NCBI GenBank assembly: GCA_021796115.1
Contig: JAJYOP010000001.1
Location: 36,778 to 100,777 of the forward strand
Direction of reading: 5' to 3'
DNA: 64,000 nucleotides
From: a bacterium
GTDB lineage: Bacteria; Omnitrophota; Gorgyraeia; Duberdicusellales; 4484-171
Part shown: piece after piece, positions 47,466 through 56,400 of the stretch
How the letters are laid out: the number at the start of each line of letters is the position of its first letter
Numbering within the stretch: position 1 is the stretch's first letter
The notes under the pieces: model-generated
Seen by the model: the letters and a program-made list of their open reading frames with translations, nothing else
What the model was told of the DNA's origin: nothing
Databases searched by the model: none
Made by a program: the position numbers and the translations under genes

Positions 47466-48227
47466 ATGAAGATAGAAGAACTCTGCGAAAAACTTCGCAA
47501 TAAAAGAACGGAACTCGGTTTAAATATCGAGGAAGTTGTTGAGAAAACAAAGCTTTACCCCTCTGTAATAAGAGACATAGAGTCGGGAAATTTGAGCAAT
47601 ATCGCTTCAGCGTATCTTAAGGGGTACATAAAAATTTATGCCTCTTTTTTAAAAGTAGATTTGGAGGATGCTTTAGAAAATATCAATAAAAGCGCTACTC
47701 CAAAAGGCAGGCCGGCGCCAAATAGGCAGGAAATGTCTAGAGAAAAAATCAAACCAGAACCAAAACAGGAGCATAAAATTGAAAAAAAACCACTGCCGCC
47801 ACAGATTAAGAAAATTATATTTTACGTTATTCTGGTTATGGTTATCCTCCCATTTTTATTAGCCTTCATAAGGTTTGTTTCGAAAGCCATTTCTCATGCT
47901 CCCAGAAAACCGGCTACCAAATTCGTAAAGCCGGTTAGTAAAATCACTGTAACACGAAACACCCTCAAAAATGTAACCGCATCGCTTACCGCCAAAAAAG
48001 ATTGTTTTATAAAAGTAAGAGTCGATGGCAAACTTTTATTTCAAGGAGTACTTAAGAGAGGTTCGTCCGATACCTGGAAGGGCCACAAAGAAATAGAGTT
48101 TAGAATAAGTGATGGCTCAAGTGTATATCTCGAAGTTAACGGCAAAGCCCTTCCGCCCTTGACCTCCGCGCATAAATCAATAAAAAGCCTGAAAATAACA
48201 TCTTCTGGAGTCACAGTTTCAAAATAG
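47466..48227 (+). CDS. RodZ-like cytoskeletal protein (HTH + TM + DUF4115)
   Basis: N-terminal XRE-type HTH (LGLNIEEVVEKT..IRDIESGN), a single TM helix, and a C-terminal beta-rich domain. Confidence 0.55.
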   Translation: MKIEELCEKLRNKRTELGLNIEEVVEKTKLYPSVIRDIESGNLSNIASAYLKGYIKIYASFLKVDLEDALENINKSATPKGRPAPNRQEMSREKIKPEPKQEHKIEKKPLPPQIKKIIFYVILVMVILPFLLAFIRFVSKAISHAPRKPATKFVKPVSKITVTRNTLKNVTASLTAKKDCFIKVRVDGKLLFQGVLKRGSSDTWKGHKEIEFRISDGSSVYLEVNGKALPPLTSAHKSIKSLKITSSGVTVSK

Positions 48228-48262
48228 CATACTAAGCACCTGGTTAAAGGAGGTTTTGAGGC

Positions 48263-49537
48263 ATGTCCAAAAAAAGTTTATCCATAATATCGCTTGGCTG
48301 TTTCAGGAATACTTACGATTCCGAGTCCGTGCTTAAAAGGTTTATTGACAAAGGATATAGCTTTTTGGCGCAGGAAAACATTTTCTTAACCGATATAGAA
48401 GATTTTAAAAATTGCGATACTCTTGTCATAAATACCTGCGGCTTTATCGATAAAGCAAAAGAAGAATCAGTTGATTTCATCAGGGAAGCCGTAAAATTAA
48501 AACAGGACGGAAGAATCAAACGCCTTTTAGTTTTTGGCTGCCTTGTTGAAAGGTATCATGAGAAATTGAAAAAATCTTTTCCCGAAGTAGATGAGTGGTG
48601 GGGAGCGGAAAAATTTAGCCGGAAACTCAACGAACGAAAAAAACTTTTCCCTCCATATATTGATTTTTTGAAAATTTGCGAAGGCTGCCCGAATAATTGC
48701 AGCTATTGCACCATACCTTCTATTAAGGGGAACCTGGCAAGTAAATCTTTAGCCGAAATAATAAAAGAAGCAAAATCTCTTGATGAAAAAGGCATAAAAG
48801 AACTTAACCTTATTGGCCAGGATATTACCAGTTGGGGCAAAGATTTAAGAATAAAAGAAGATTTAACCTTGCTTATTAAAGCAATATTAAAAAATACAAA
48901 AAATATACGCTGGATACGCCTTCTCTATGCGCATCCGCGCCATCTTGATAATAAACTCGTAGATTTAATTGCAAAAGAAGAACGGATTTGCAAATATATA
49001 GACTTACCCATTCAGCACATAAACAATCGGATTCTTAAATTGATGAATAGAAATACAACCAAAAAAGAAATTACAGAACTGATTGATAAAATACGTAAAA
49101 CTATCAAGGGATGCGTCATACGTACTTCACTGATGGCTGGTTTTCCTACGGAGACCGAAAGAGAATTTGAGGAACTTTTAAAATTCATGCAGGATATAAA
49201 ATTTGAACGGCTCGGCGCATTTACCTATTCGCGGGAAGAAGAAACTCCGGCATATAACCTGGCTCCGCAAGTTAACAACAAAGTAAAAGAACGCCGTTTC
49301 AAAGAGCTAATGAGTTTGCAGAAAAATATTTCCTGCCAGGCCAATAAAAGATTTTTAGGAAAAGAGCTTGATGTTCTGGTCGAAGAAAAAGAAAATGATA
49401 TTTTTGTCGGAAGAACCCAGTTTGATGCTTACGAAGTTGACGGCGCGGTATTTCTGAAGAAAGACAGGCTGAAAATCGGCGAATTTTATAGAGCGAAAAT
49501 AATTGACAGCTACGATTACGATTTAGTTGGGATATAA
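48263..49537 (+). CDS. rimO: radical-SAM methylthiotransferase (RimO-like, ribosomal protein S12 methylthiotransferase)
   Basis: N-terminal MTTase domain (ISLGCFRNTYDSE), the radical SAM CxxxCxxC (CPNNCSYC), and a C-terminal TRAM domain. 424 aa. Confidence 0.7.
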   Translation: MSKKSLSIISLGCFRNTYDSESVLKRFIDKGYSFLAQENIFLTDIEDFKNCDTLVINTCGFIDKAKEESVDFIREAVKLKQDGRIKRLLVFGCLVERYHEKLKKSFPEVDEWWGAEKFSRKLNERKKLFPPYIDFLKICEGCPNNCSYCTIPSIKGNLASKSLAEIIKEAKSLDEKGIKELNLIGQDITSWGKDLRIKEDLTLLIKAILKNTKNIRWIRLLYAHPRHLDNKLVDLIAKEERICKYIDLPIQHINNRILKLMNRNTTKKEITELIDKIRKTIKGCVIRTSLMAGFPTETEREFEELLKFMQDIKFERLGAFTYSREEETPAYNLAPQVNNKVKERRFKELMSLQKNISCQANKRFLGKELDVLVEEKENDIFVGRTQFDAYEVDGAVFLKKDRLKIGEFYRAKIIDSYDYDLVGI

Positions 49538-49789
49538 AATGAAATTCCAAATAACAAGCACCAATCCTTCGACTCGTTTCCACTCGCTCAAGGGTGTCCT
49601 GAGCCTGTCGAAGGACAAATTCCAAATGAATCCCAATGACCAAAATTCCAATGCTCTAAACATAAATCGTTTTGATCATTTAAACATTGGAACTTGGAAT
49701 TTATTTGGTGCTTGTCCGTCACCGATGATTTTTTATATGTGGGCGGCCTCGCCTCTGGTGGAAAATTTGGGATTTGGAATTTTATTACC

Positions 49790-50362
49790 ATGAATATTGC
49801 TAATTATTTAACATTCTTGCGCATCGTGCTTGCTTTTATCTGCATAGGCTCCATATTAAAGAACGATTTTTCTTCAATATTGGTTGCATTTATTATTTTT
49901 ATCATTGCTTCCATAACTGATTTATTGGATGGTATTTTCGCCAGGAAGAATAACCTTGTTACTGATTTAGGCAAGCTTATAGATCCTATAGCAGACAAAA
50001 TCCTTATTGTAGGAGTTTTCCTTGCCTTCCTGCAGCTTAAAGTAGTCGTTAATGCCTGGATGGTGAGCGTGATAATGTTACGGGAATTTATAATTACTGG
50101 TTTACGGCTCTATGTTTTAAATAAAGGCGAAGGCGTCTTAGAAGCAAAAAAATGGGGCAAACATAAAACAATTTCGCAAGTTTCCGCAATAGTTATTATC
50201 TTTATCGCGTTGCTTTTATTTAAAAAATTTCCGCAAAACAGTTTTGTGTCGTTTCTCTACGAAAAAATAACTTATGTAATAATGTGGTATGTTGTTGCTG
50301 TAACCTTATTTTCAGGAGTGTGTTATTTTTGGATTAACCGTCGCGCAATTAAGACTTTTTGA
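49790..50362 (+). CDS. pgsA: CDP-diacylglycerol--glycerol-3-phosphate 3-phosphatidyltransferase
   Basis: CDP-alcohol phosphatidyltransferase motif DLLDGIFARKNNLVTDLGKLIDPIADK. ATG at 49790 inside the longer ORF 49694..50362. 190 aa. Confidence 0.8.
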   Translation: MNIANYLTFLRIVLAFICIGSILKNDFSSILVAFIIFIIASITDLLDGIFARKNNLVTDLGKLIDPIADKILIVGVFLAFLQLKVVVNAWMVSVIMLREFIITGLRLYVLNKGEGVLEAKKWGKHKTISQVSAIVIIFIALLLFKKFPQNSFVSFLYEKITYVIMWYVVAVTLFSGVCYFWINRRAIKTF

Positions 50363-50386
50363 ACCGAAAATAGAACAATGAAGATA

Positions 50387-50430
50387 GAAGGGCGGGGGGC
50401 CAAAATAATCGCCCTTCGCTATTTCCCTTT
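50387..50430 (+). terminator. putative intrinsic terminator downstream of pgsA
   Basis: GAAGGGCG/CGCCCTTC 8-bp stem (50387..50394 with 50410..50417), followed by T-rich GCTATTTCCCTTTT. Confidence 0.4.
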
Positions 50431-50463
50431 TACCATTCGATAATTAGTAATATAATTAGTAAT

Positions 50464-50925
50464 ATGGGAAAAACAACTTTAATTGATAAACTTACTATAA
50501 TAATAACCACGTTTTTTGGCATCGGCTATTCGCCTTTCTTTGGAGGAACACTTGCTTCAATCGCCGCAGTAGGTGTATTTTTAATTACAAAATCGCCGAT
50601 TATTTTTTTTATTATCTTTATTGTAACTTTGATACTTTCTTTCCTGCTTTGTTCCCGCGCGGAAATAATTTTCCAGGAAAAAGACTGTAAAAAAATAGTT
50701 ATCGATGATTTTTGCGGAATGCTTATCCCCTTGTTATTTATTCCTCATAATATCCGCTTTGTTGCTGCTGCGTTTTTCCTTTTTAGGATCTTCGATGCCT
50801 TTAAAATACCGCCTATCGATAAAATCGAACGCCTTAACGGAGCCCTCGGCGTTGTGGGCGATGATTTAGCCGCCGGCGTCTATGCGCTTATAATGTTACA
50901 AATCGTCAGGCTATTTGTTAAATAG
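50464..50925 (+). CDS. pgpA: phosphatidylglycerophosphatase A
   Basis: FGIGYSPFFGGTLASIAAV and the overall membrane profile match PgpA. 153 aa, adjacent to pgsA. Confidence 0.75.
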   Translation: MGKTTLIDKLTIIITTFFGIGYSPFFGGTLASIAAVGVFLITKSPIIFFIIFIVTLILSFLLCSRAEIIFQEKDCKKIVIDDFCGMLIPLLFIPHNIRFVAAAFFLFRIFDAFKIPPIDKIERLNGALGVVGDDLAAGVYALIMLQIVRLFVK

Positions 50926-51177
50926 AAACCGGATATCAGAAAACCACAAAAATATGAGGCGACAATGTTAAAAAAAATATTTTTATAACAAAAAGACTGG
51001 AAAACTTGAAAAGGCCTAGCCCACTACTCCAGAAAAGAATACCCCCGATTAAAAGGCCGCGATTACCAATTAATTCATCTTATTCCAGAGGGAAATCTTA
51101 AGGGTGGAGATTTATGGGTATTCATAGATAAAAAAACAGGCGAAGTAATAATGTCCGTTGGCGGGAAATAAGCTCTA

Positions 51178-51723
51178 TTATTTAAGCAACACAGAGGCTA
51201 TCTTTTCGTAAGTCGGGCCTTGGGGTTTAAGGATACTTTTAAAAAGAGTTATTTCGTTTGCCTGGAATTTACCTTTTATTGCAATTGATTCTATCTGCTT
51301 TTTCAGTGCCTCTGTATTTCTCTGACTTCTGAAACGCGCCAGCGTGATATGGGATTTGAACCTTTCCTCTTTTACGAAGTCAAGTTTTTGTAAATTATCC
51401 TCAAGGAACGAGTAAATCTTCTTTAATTCTTCCTCCTTATCCGTGGCTACGAAGAAAACTCGCGGCCGTTTTTCATCCGGGAAAAATCCGAATTTCTCGA
51501 AATTTAATTCCAGAGAGCTGAATTGTTTTCCGGCACTATCAAGAATTTCTTCTATATTTTTAATCTTAGCTTCATCAACCTCGCCAAGAAATTTCAAACT
51601 TAAATGCAAATTCTGTGTTAGGACCCATTTCGCATCCACATCGGATTTTTTTAACTTTAACAGGAGGCGGGAAAGCACGTCTTTTAAATCTTGGGGAATA
51701 TCTATGGCTATGAATAAACGCAT
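51178..51723 (-). CDS. thpR: RNA 2',3'-cyclic phosphodiesterase (2H phosphoesterase, ThpR/LigT family)
   Basis: Two H-x-(S/T)-x motifs (HLSLKFLG and HITLARF), 181 aa. Confidence 0.75.
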   Translation of the reverse strand: MRLFIAIDIPQDLKDVLSRLLLKLKKSDVDAKWVLTQNLHLSLKFLGEVDEAKIKNIEEILDSAGKQFSSLELNFEKFGFFPDEKRPRVFFVATDKEEELKKIYSFLEDNLQKLDFVKEERFKSHITLARFRSQRNTEALKKQIESIAIKGKFQANEITLFKSILKPQGPTYEKIASVLLK

Positions 51724-52190
51724 AATCTTTTATGTAATAATTCCAGTGTCATTAGGCTTGCATATTTACGCACATAATCCCGGCCACCTTTAATTATCAC
51801 CTTCTTTACAGTCGTGCATTTTTTGTCGGAGACAGCAAAAAATACAATGCCTAACTTTTTGCCTTTTTGAGTTTCCGGTCCAGCAAAACCAACGAGAGAA
51901 AGTCCGATGTCGGTTTTGAATAATTTCCTTACGCCTATCGCAAGCAGGCCAGCAATTTCACCAGATACACCTTCGGTTTTTTTAAGTAGAGGCAAGGGTA
52001 TTTTAAAAAACTTGATTTTAGCTTCAAGCGAATAAACAACAATCGAGCCTTTAAAAACTTTGGAACTGCCGGGGATTTTGGTCAAAAGGTAAGATAAATA
52101 GCCTCCGCTGGCAGATTCCGCAGCAGAAACAGTAAGTTTTTTATTTCTTAAAATCGAAATCAATTTTTTCAATTCCGCCATATAATTCAT
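51708..52190 (-). CDS. CinA C-terminal domain protein / NMN amidohydrolase (PncC-like)
   Basis: LTVSAAESASGGYLSYLLTKIPGSS..GSIVVYS is typical of the CinA C-terminal domain. 160 aa. Overlaps thpR by 16 nt. Confidence 0.75.
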   Translation of the reverse strand: MNYMAELKKLISILRNKKLTVSAAESASGGYLSYLLTKIPGSSKVFKGSIVVYSLEAKIKFFKIPLPLLKKTEGVSGEIAGLLAIGVRKLFKTDIGLSLVGFAGPETQKGKKLGIVFFAVSDKKCTTVKKVIIKGGRDYVRKYASLMTLELLHKRLCVYS

Positions 52191-52376
52191 TTTATCAAAG
52201 TTGTAATTTTAGGCAAGTAAACGTATTTCAGCCAGCGGGTAGCTTGGCTGTTTTCTAACAGTCAAGACAGGACGCGCTAACATATGGACCGTCTTGCCCT
52301 GTCTCATTAAATCAGGAGACAGTATTTTATCGCAATTTTTAGGTGAAAACAGTCAATTCAAGGTAAACGTAAGTCT

Positions 52377-52404
52377 TTGACACTAATCCATCTTGCGCTA
52401 TAAT
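52377..52404 (+). promoter_or_regulatory. sigma70-type promoter candidate (TTGACA-16-TATAAT) for the ldh operon
   Basis: TTGACA at 52377..52382 and TATAAT at 52399..52404. Followed by the perfect hairpin GTTGCCGC-TGTC-GCGGCAAC at 52414..52433. Confidence 0.5.
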
Positions 52405-52435
52405 AAACCTTACGTTGCCGCTGTCGCGGCAACGC

Positions 52436-52526
52436 ACAGATTAGTACAGATACAAATCGCAGATAGAGACAGATATTTAAATTATCTGTGATAATCTGCG
52501 ATTTTTTATCTGTGACTATCTGTAGA
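52436..52526. promoter_or_regulatory. large imperfect palindrome of ACAGATA units (4 direct + 4 inverted) centred on TTTAAATTA, immediately upstream of ldh
   Basis: Left arm CGCAGATAGAGACAGATATTT and right arm AAATTATCTGTGATAATCTGCG (52458..52501), with further ACAGATA/TATCTGT units outward. A GATTTTTTATC run lies after the right arm. Confidence 0.6.
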
Positions 52527-52542
52527 AAAATAAGGAATTAAA

Positions 52543-53484
52543 ATGCTTAAACCAAAAATTTCGGTAATTGGTGCCGGCAACGTAGGTATGCGTTATATCT
52601 ACAGCCTGATGATTAGCGGTTTTGCGCGCTCGATTGTTGTGCTTGATAATAACAAAGCGCGGACAGAAGGTGAGGTAATGGACCTTAAAAGCTGCATGCC
52701 TTTTGTTTCGCAGATTGAAATATCTGTGGGCGACTATAAGGATTTAAAGAATTCCGATATCGTGGTTATTACTGCTGGAACGAAACAAAATCCCGGACAA
52801 TCCCGCCTTGATTTGATAAAAAATAACATCGCGATATTTAAAGAAATTATACCAAAAGTAACGGAATATGCTGAAAATGCGATATTCCTGATTGTAACTA
52901 ATCCGGTTGATGTGCTTAGCTACGCCGCTTATAAAATTTCTAAAAAACCCTGGCAGAAAGTGATTGGCTCCGGTACTGTTCTTGACAGCGCACGCCTGCG
53001 CCTGCTTTTGTCGCAGCATTGCGATATTGACGCAAGAAACGTTCACGCTTATGTACTGGGAGAACACGGGGACAGCGAATTTGTCGTCTGGAGCCGAGCA
53101 ATGATTGGCGGAGTTTTATTTAAAGAGTATTGCCCAATGTGCAAGAAGTGCGATACAAGAACCAGCTTTGACAGTATTTTCCGGGAAGTAAAAGAATTTG
53201 CTTATAAAGTGATAGAAAGAAAAGGAGAAACTTCTTATGGCGTCGGTCTCTCTATGACCATGATTACAAGGGCGGTTTTAAAAGACGAAAATTCGATATT
53301 GCCGGTATCCTGCCTGGTTAATGATTATTACGGCATAAGCGATGTTTACCTTAGTATGCCTTCGATAATAAATAAAGGCGGTATAAGAGAAACATTTAAA
53401 ATACAGCTTGCTGAAGAAGAGGTGGATAATCTCAAAAAGTCGGCAGATACCTTAAAATCTGTGATCAAAGAAACCGGTTTATGA
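52543..53484 (+). CDS. ldh: L-lactate dehydrogenase (LDH/MDH superfamily)
   Basis: ISVIGAGNVG, AGTKQNPGQSRLDL (Gln at the substrate-specificity position) and the LDH active-site block VLGEHGDSEF. 313 aa. Confidence 0.7.
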   Translation: MLKPKISVIGAGNVGMRYIYSLMISGFARSIVVLDNNKARTEGEVMDLKSCMPFVSQIEISVGDYKDLKNSDIVVITAGTKQNPGQSRLDLIKNNIAIFKEIIPKVTEYAENAIFLIVTNPVDVLSYAAYKISKKPWQKVIGSGTVLDSARLRLLLSQHCDIDARNVHAYVLGEHGDSEFVVWSRAMIGGVLFKEYCPMCKKCDTRTSFDSIFREVKEFAYKVIERKGETSYGVGLSMTMITRAVLKDENSILPVSCLVNDYYGISDVYLSMPSIINKGGIRETFKIQLAEEEVDNLKKSADTLKSVIKETGL

Positions 53485-54191
53485 AAAATATAAAAGTAAA
53501 ATTTATTGAAAAAATCCAAAGGACGCCAACGGTTATAAGTTTTCGTTTTTTACCTTCCGAAAAATTAAATTTTTTACCGGGGCAGTTCCTGCAGGTAATA
53601 TTTGACGAGAACAATACCCTCGATAAGGATCTGAATAAATATCTTTCTTTTTCTTCCTCGCCAACCAAAGAATATATCGAGGTGACCAAAAGAATAAGCG
53701 AAAGCGCATTTTCAAAAAAGCTCCTGGGTTTAACAGCCAATGATGAAATCTTAATCAAAGCCCCCCTGGGTAACAGCGTTTTTATCGATAGTTACAAAAG
53801 CGTAGGCTTTTTAATCGGCGGCATAGGGATTACGCCGGTTATCTCAATAATAGAATATATTTGTGGCAAAAAGCTGGATACCGATGTTTTGTTATTTTAT
53901 TCTAACCGGACAGAGCATGATATTGCTTTTAAAGATGAACTTAGTGATTGGCAAAAGCTAAACAAAAATATAAAAATAATTTACACCGTTACTGAATGTG
54001 CCCCAAAAAATATGAAATGTATTTTTGGCAGAATTGACAAAAAGCTCATCAGTAGTGAAAAATGCGACCTATCTAGCCGCATAATTTTTATTTTTGGCCC
54101 GCCGGTAATGGTAAAAGCAATGCAAAATTTATGCATGGATTGCAGTTGTAAAAAGGAGAATGTAAAAATAGAACACTTTATCGGCTATTGA
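53481..54191 (+). CDS. FNR-family FAD/NAD(P)-binding oxidoreductase (PyrK-like electron-transfer subunit)
   Basis: RxYS-like [16 protein letters not shown], and a C-terminal Cys cluster CMDCSC. 236 aa. Overlaps ldh by 4 nt. Confidence 0.55.
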   Translation: MKNIKVKFIEKIQRTPTVISFRFLPSEKLNFLPGQFLQVIFDENNTLDKDLNKYLSFSSSPTKEYIEVTKRISESAFSKKLLGLTANDEILIKAPLGNSVFIDSYKSVGFLIGGIGITPVISIIEYICGKKLDTDVLLFYSNRTEHDIAFKDELSDWQKLNKNIKIIYTVTECAPKNMKCIFGRIDKKLISSEKCDLSSRIIFIFGPPVMVKAMQNLCMDCSCKKENVKIEHFIGY

Positions 54192-54230
54192 TACACAGAT
54201 AAGCACAGATAGAAATATTCGTTTATCGAT

Positions 54231-54285
54231 TGTGGTTACGCAACTCGTTACGGTTGCGTTTTACGTCATACGCAAGACGATAGAC
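54231..54285 (+). terminator. 55-bp repeated terminator-like element, copy 1 (TGTGGTTACGCAACTCGTTACGGTTGCGTTTTACGTCATACGCAAGACGATAGAC)
   Basis: ACGCAAC/GTTGCGT 7-bp stem (54238..54259) followed by a TTTT run. 54 of 55 positions are identical to 63752..63806. It sits just after the stop of the + strand gene ending at 54191. Confidence 0.6.
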
Positions 54286-54384
54286 GAAACGAGGAACGAA
54301 GAAGGGGACCACGCAACCTCTAACCGAATAACGATATATAAAATCTCTGATTTGCTATCTGTGAAAAACAAAGGAGATGCTAAT

Positions 54385-54612
54385 ATGTTAAAAGAAAAGG
54401 TAGAGAAAGTTTTAAAACAAATAAGGCCGGCTCTTCAGGCAGACGGCGGCGATGTTGAACTGGTTGATGCCACAGAGGACGGCGTGGTAAAACTAAAGTT
54501 AAAAGGCGCCTGCGGATGCTGTCCCATGAGCACTTATACTTTAAAAATGGGGATTGAACAACGCTTGAAAGAAGAAATTCCGGAAGTTAAAAAAGTAGAG
54601 CAGGTTAAATAA
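54385..54612 (+). CDS. NifU-like Fe-S cluster assembly protein (Nfu C-terminal domain)
   Basis: [46 protein letters not shown] at 54372..54377 with ATG at 54385. The longer ORF 54232.. would read through the repeat element and is rejected. Confidence 0.75.
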   Translation: MLKEKVEKVLKQIRPALQADGGDVELVDATEDGVVKLKLKGACGCCPMSTYTLKMGIEQRLKEEIPEVKKVEQVK

Positions 54613-54711
54613 CGACCCAGGTCAATTAAAAGCAGAATTAAGATATTGCTATTTGCATATTTTAATTTAATATAATCGTTCGATAAATTAATTCGCCTGA
54701 AGAGGTAAAAT

Positions 54712-55221
54712 ATGCTCAGAATCAATAATGGCTTAAAAGATGAATTTATAAACCAATTAGAATCAGCAATAGATGCTGAAAGCACATTGTCTAACTGTTA
54801 TAATCATTTATTTTCAATGATTAATAACGGGAAAATCCGTTCTGAATTCAAAAAACTTTCCGATGTTGCCGCGGATAATATTAAAATATTAAATGACTCT
54901 TTAAGAGATGCGGGCGTAAATAATTTTGTATTAGAAAATAAATGCAAATATTGCAAAATAAATCCGGAAAGTTTCTCACTCATAGGAGCAATTAATCTTG
55001 GTTTAGAGATTACCAATGCCGGTATTAAGATATATAAAAAACTCAGCGAACTTTTTCCCGACGCAGAAAGCAAGAATTTATTTAAAAACCTTGTCAAAGA
55101 AAAAACAAACCAACAAAACTTCCTTAAAAAAGAAAGTGAATTCTTAGATAAAGATACCGAGGCAAAAAGCGTAATAGATTTGCATTGTATACCTACCATT
55201 GCTTCAAGACTTGGAAAATAG
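54712..55221 (+). CDS. hypothetical protein (predicted all-alpha, possibly ferritin-like)
   Basis: 169-aa ORF with an RBS (GAGG) and coding-like composition. No recognisable motif. Confidence 0.3.
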   Translation: MLRINNGLKDEFINQLESAIDAESTLSNCYNHLFSMINNGKIRSEFKKLSDVAADNIKILNDSLRDAGVNNFVLENKCKYCKINPESFSLIGAINLGLEITNAGIKIYKKLSELFPDAESKNLFKNLVKEKTNQQNFLKKESEFLDKDTEAKSVIDLHCIPTIASRLGK

Positions 55222-55271
55222 AAGCTGAATTGTCGTTCCTTCTGCCACGGAAAAGGCGGTTTTTAAAGGCA

Positions 55272-55300
55272 TTGACAGCTAAATATAGAGGTGATACAAT
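55272..55300 (+). promoter_or_regulatory. sigma70-type promoter candidate (TTGACA-17-TACAAT) for the DUF4912-GH57 operon
   Basis: TTGACA at 55272..55277 and TACAAT at 55295..55300. RBS GGGAGG lies before the ATG at 55347. Confidence 0.45.
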
Positions 55301-55346
55301 TTGTTTCCCATGAGGCCTGTTTATTTTAGCCAGGCCGGGAGGTAAA

Positions 55347-56357
55347 ATGCGTAAAAATTCCGCTAAAGCCAAAAAAGCAAAAAACGTAAAAAGTCCAAAG
55401 AAATCAACGATTAAACGCGTATTTTCAAAACTAACCAGAAAAAAGACATCCTTCTCAAAAGAATCCATTCCTCAAGTTCCAGTATATTCACGCGAAGCTC
55501 AAAAAGAATCCGTAGAGATAGAAAAAGTGCAATTTATCGCAACGCACGAAGCCCCCCAAGAAGTTAGCAGCTATAATCTTCCTTTGAAATACGGCGACAA
55601 CCGTATAATCGTCATGCCAAGAGATCCGTGGTGGATATACAGTTATTGGGATATCTCCGAACAACGAATAAACGAAGTTATTTTTGCCATACCGGTATAT
55701 GAACGCCAGAACATGAAGTGGATTTTGCGAGTCTATGATTTGACCGGTATCAAAAATTTTAACGGCGGCAATGCAAATTCTTTTTTTGATATTGATATTC
55801 ATTTCGAAGCAAACAACTGGTATATAAATGTTAACCAGCCAGAAAGAGAGTGGTGCGTTGAAATAGGGCTGCTTAATCCTTTCGGAAAATTTTTCCCCGT
55901 TGCACGTTCAAACATCATAAAAACTCCATATTTCGGAATCTCTTCAATCATTGATGAAGAATGGGCTTTGCCGGATGAAGAATATTATAAAGTTTTGGGT
56001 ATTTACGATTTAGGCAAAAGTTCCATGGAAAGAAAGAGAAGGTTTGAAGAAATAATAAAACACCAGATCTCTTCGCCGCTTGCTTCATGGGGTGTATCGA
56101 GCCTTTTCAGCGAAAGGGCGCGCGTTCAGGATAAATTTTTTCTTGAAGTCTGGACAGAGCTTATCCTCTATGGGAGAACCGAGCCGGATGCCGATGTAAC
56201 AGTTGAAGGCAAAAAAGTTATTCTTCAACCAGATGGCACTTTTTCTTTAAGGTATGCCCTTCCCGTTGGTGATTATCAATACCAGGTTACCGGCGTATCC
56301 AAGAATAAAAAGCATAAGATAACGAAAACTCCCGCAGTAAAAAGGTTTGAGAAGTAA
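55347..56357 (+). CDS. DUF4912-domain protein with basic N-terminal tail
   Basis: Lys-rich N-terminus, then LPLKYGDNRIIVMPRDPWWIYSYWDIS, characteristic of DUF4912. 336 aa. Confidence 0.6.
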   Translation: MRKNSAKAKKAKNVKSPKKSTIKRVFSKLTRKKTSFSKESIPQVPVYSREAQKESVEIEKVQFIATHEAPQEVSSYNLPLKYGDNRIIVMPRDPWWIYSYWDISEQRINEVIFAIPVYERQNMKWILRVYDLTGIKNFNGGNANSFFDIDIHFEANNWYINVNQPEREWCVEIGLLNPFGKFFPVARSNIIKTPYFGISSIIDEEWALPDEEYYKVLGIYDLGKSSMERKRRFEEIIKHQISSPLASWGVSSLFSERARVQDKFFLEVWTELILYGRTEPDADVTVEGKKVILQPDGTFSLRYALPVGDYQYQVTGVSKNKKHKITKTPAVKRFEK

Positions 56358-56400
56358 ATTTCACCCTGCGGATATTTACCACAACTAATAAAAAATTTTT

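Noticed and set aside
52490-52512. Fur-box-like sequence TGATAATCTGCGATTTTTTATC
   Set aside because: Only partial match to the 19-bp Fur consensus, and it overlaps the larger ACAGATA palindrome. Kept only as a remark inside the palindrome finding.
54232-54612. Long 126-aa version of the NifU-like ORF starting at 54232
   Set aside because: The first 51 codons read through the 55-bp terminator-like repeat and the ACAGATA half-site. A good RBS (AAGGAG) and ATG at 54385 give a canonical 75-aa Nfu domain.
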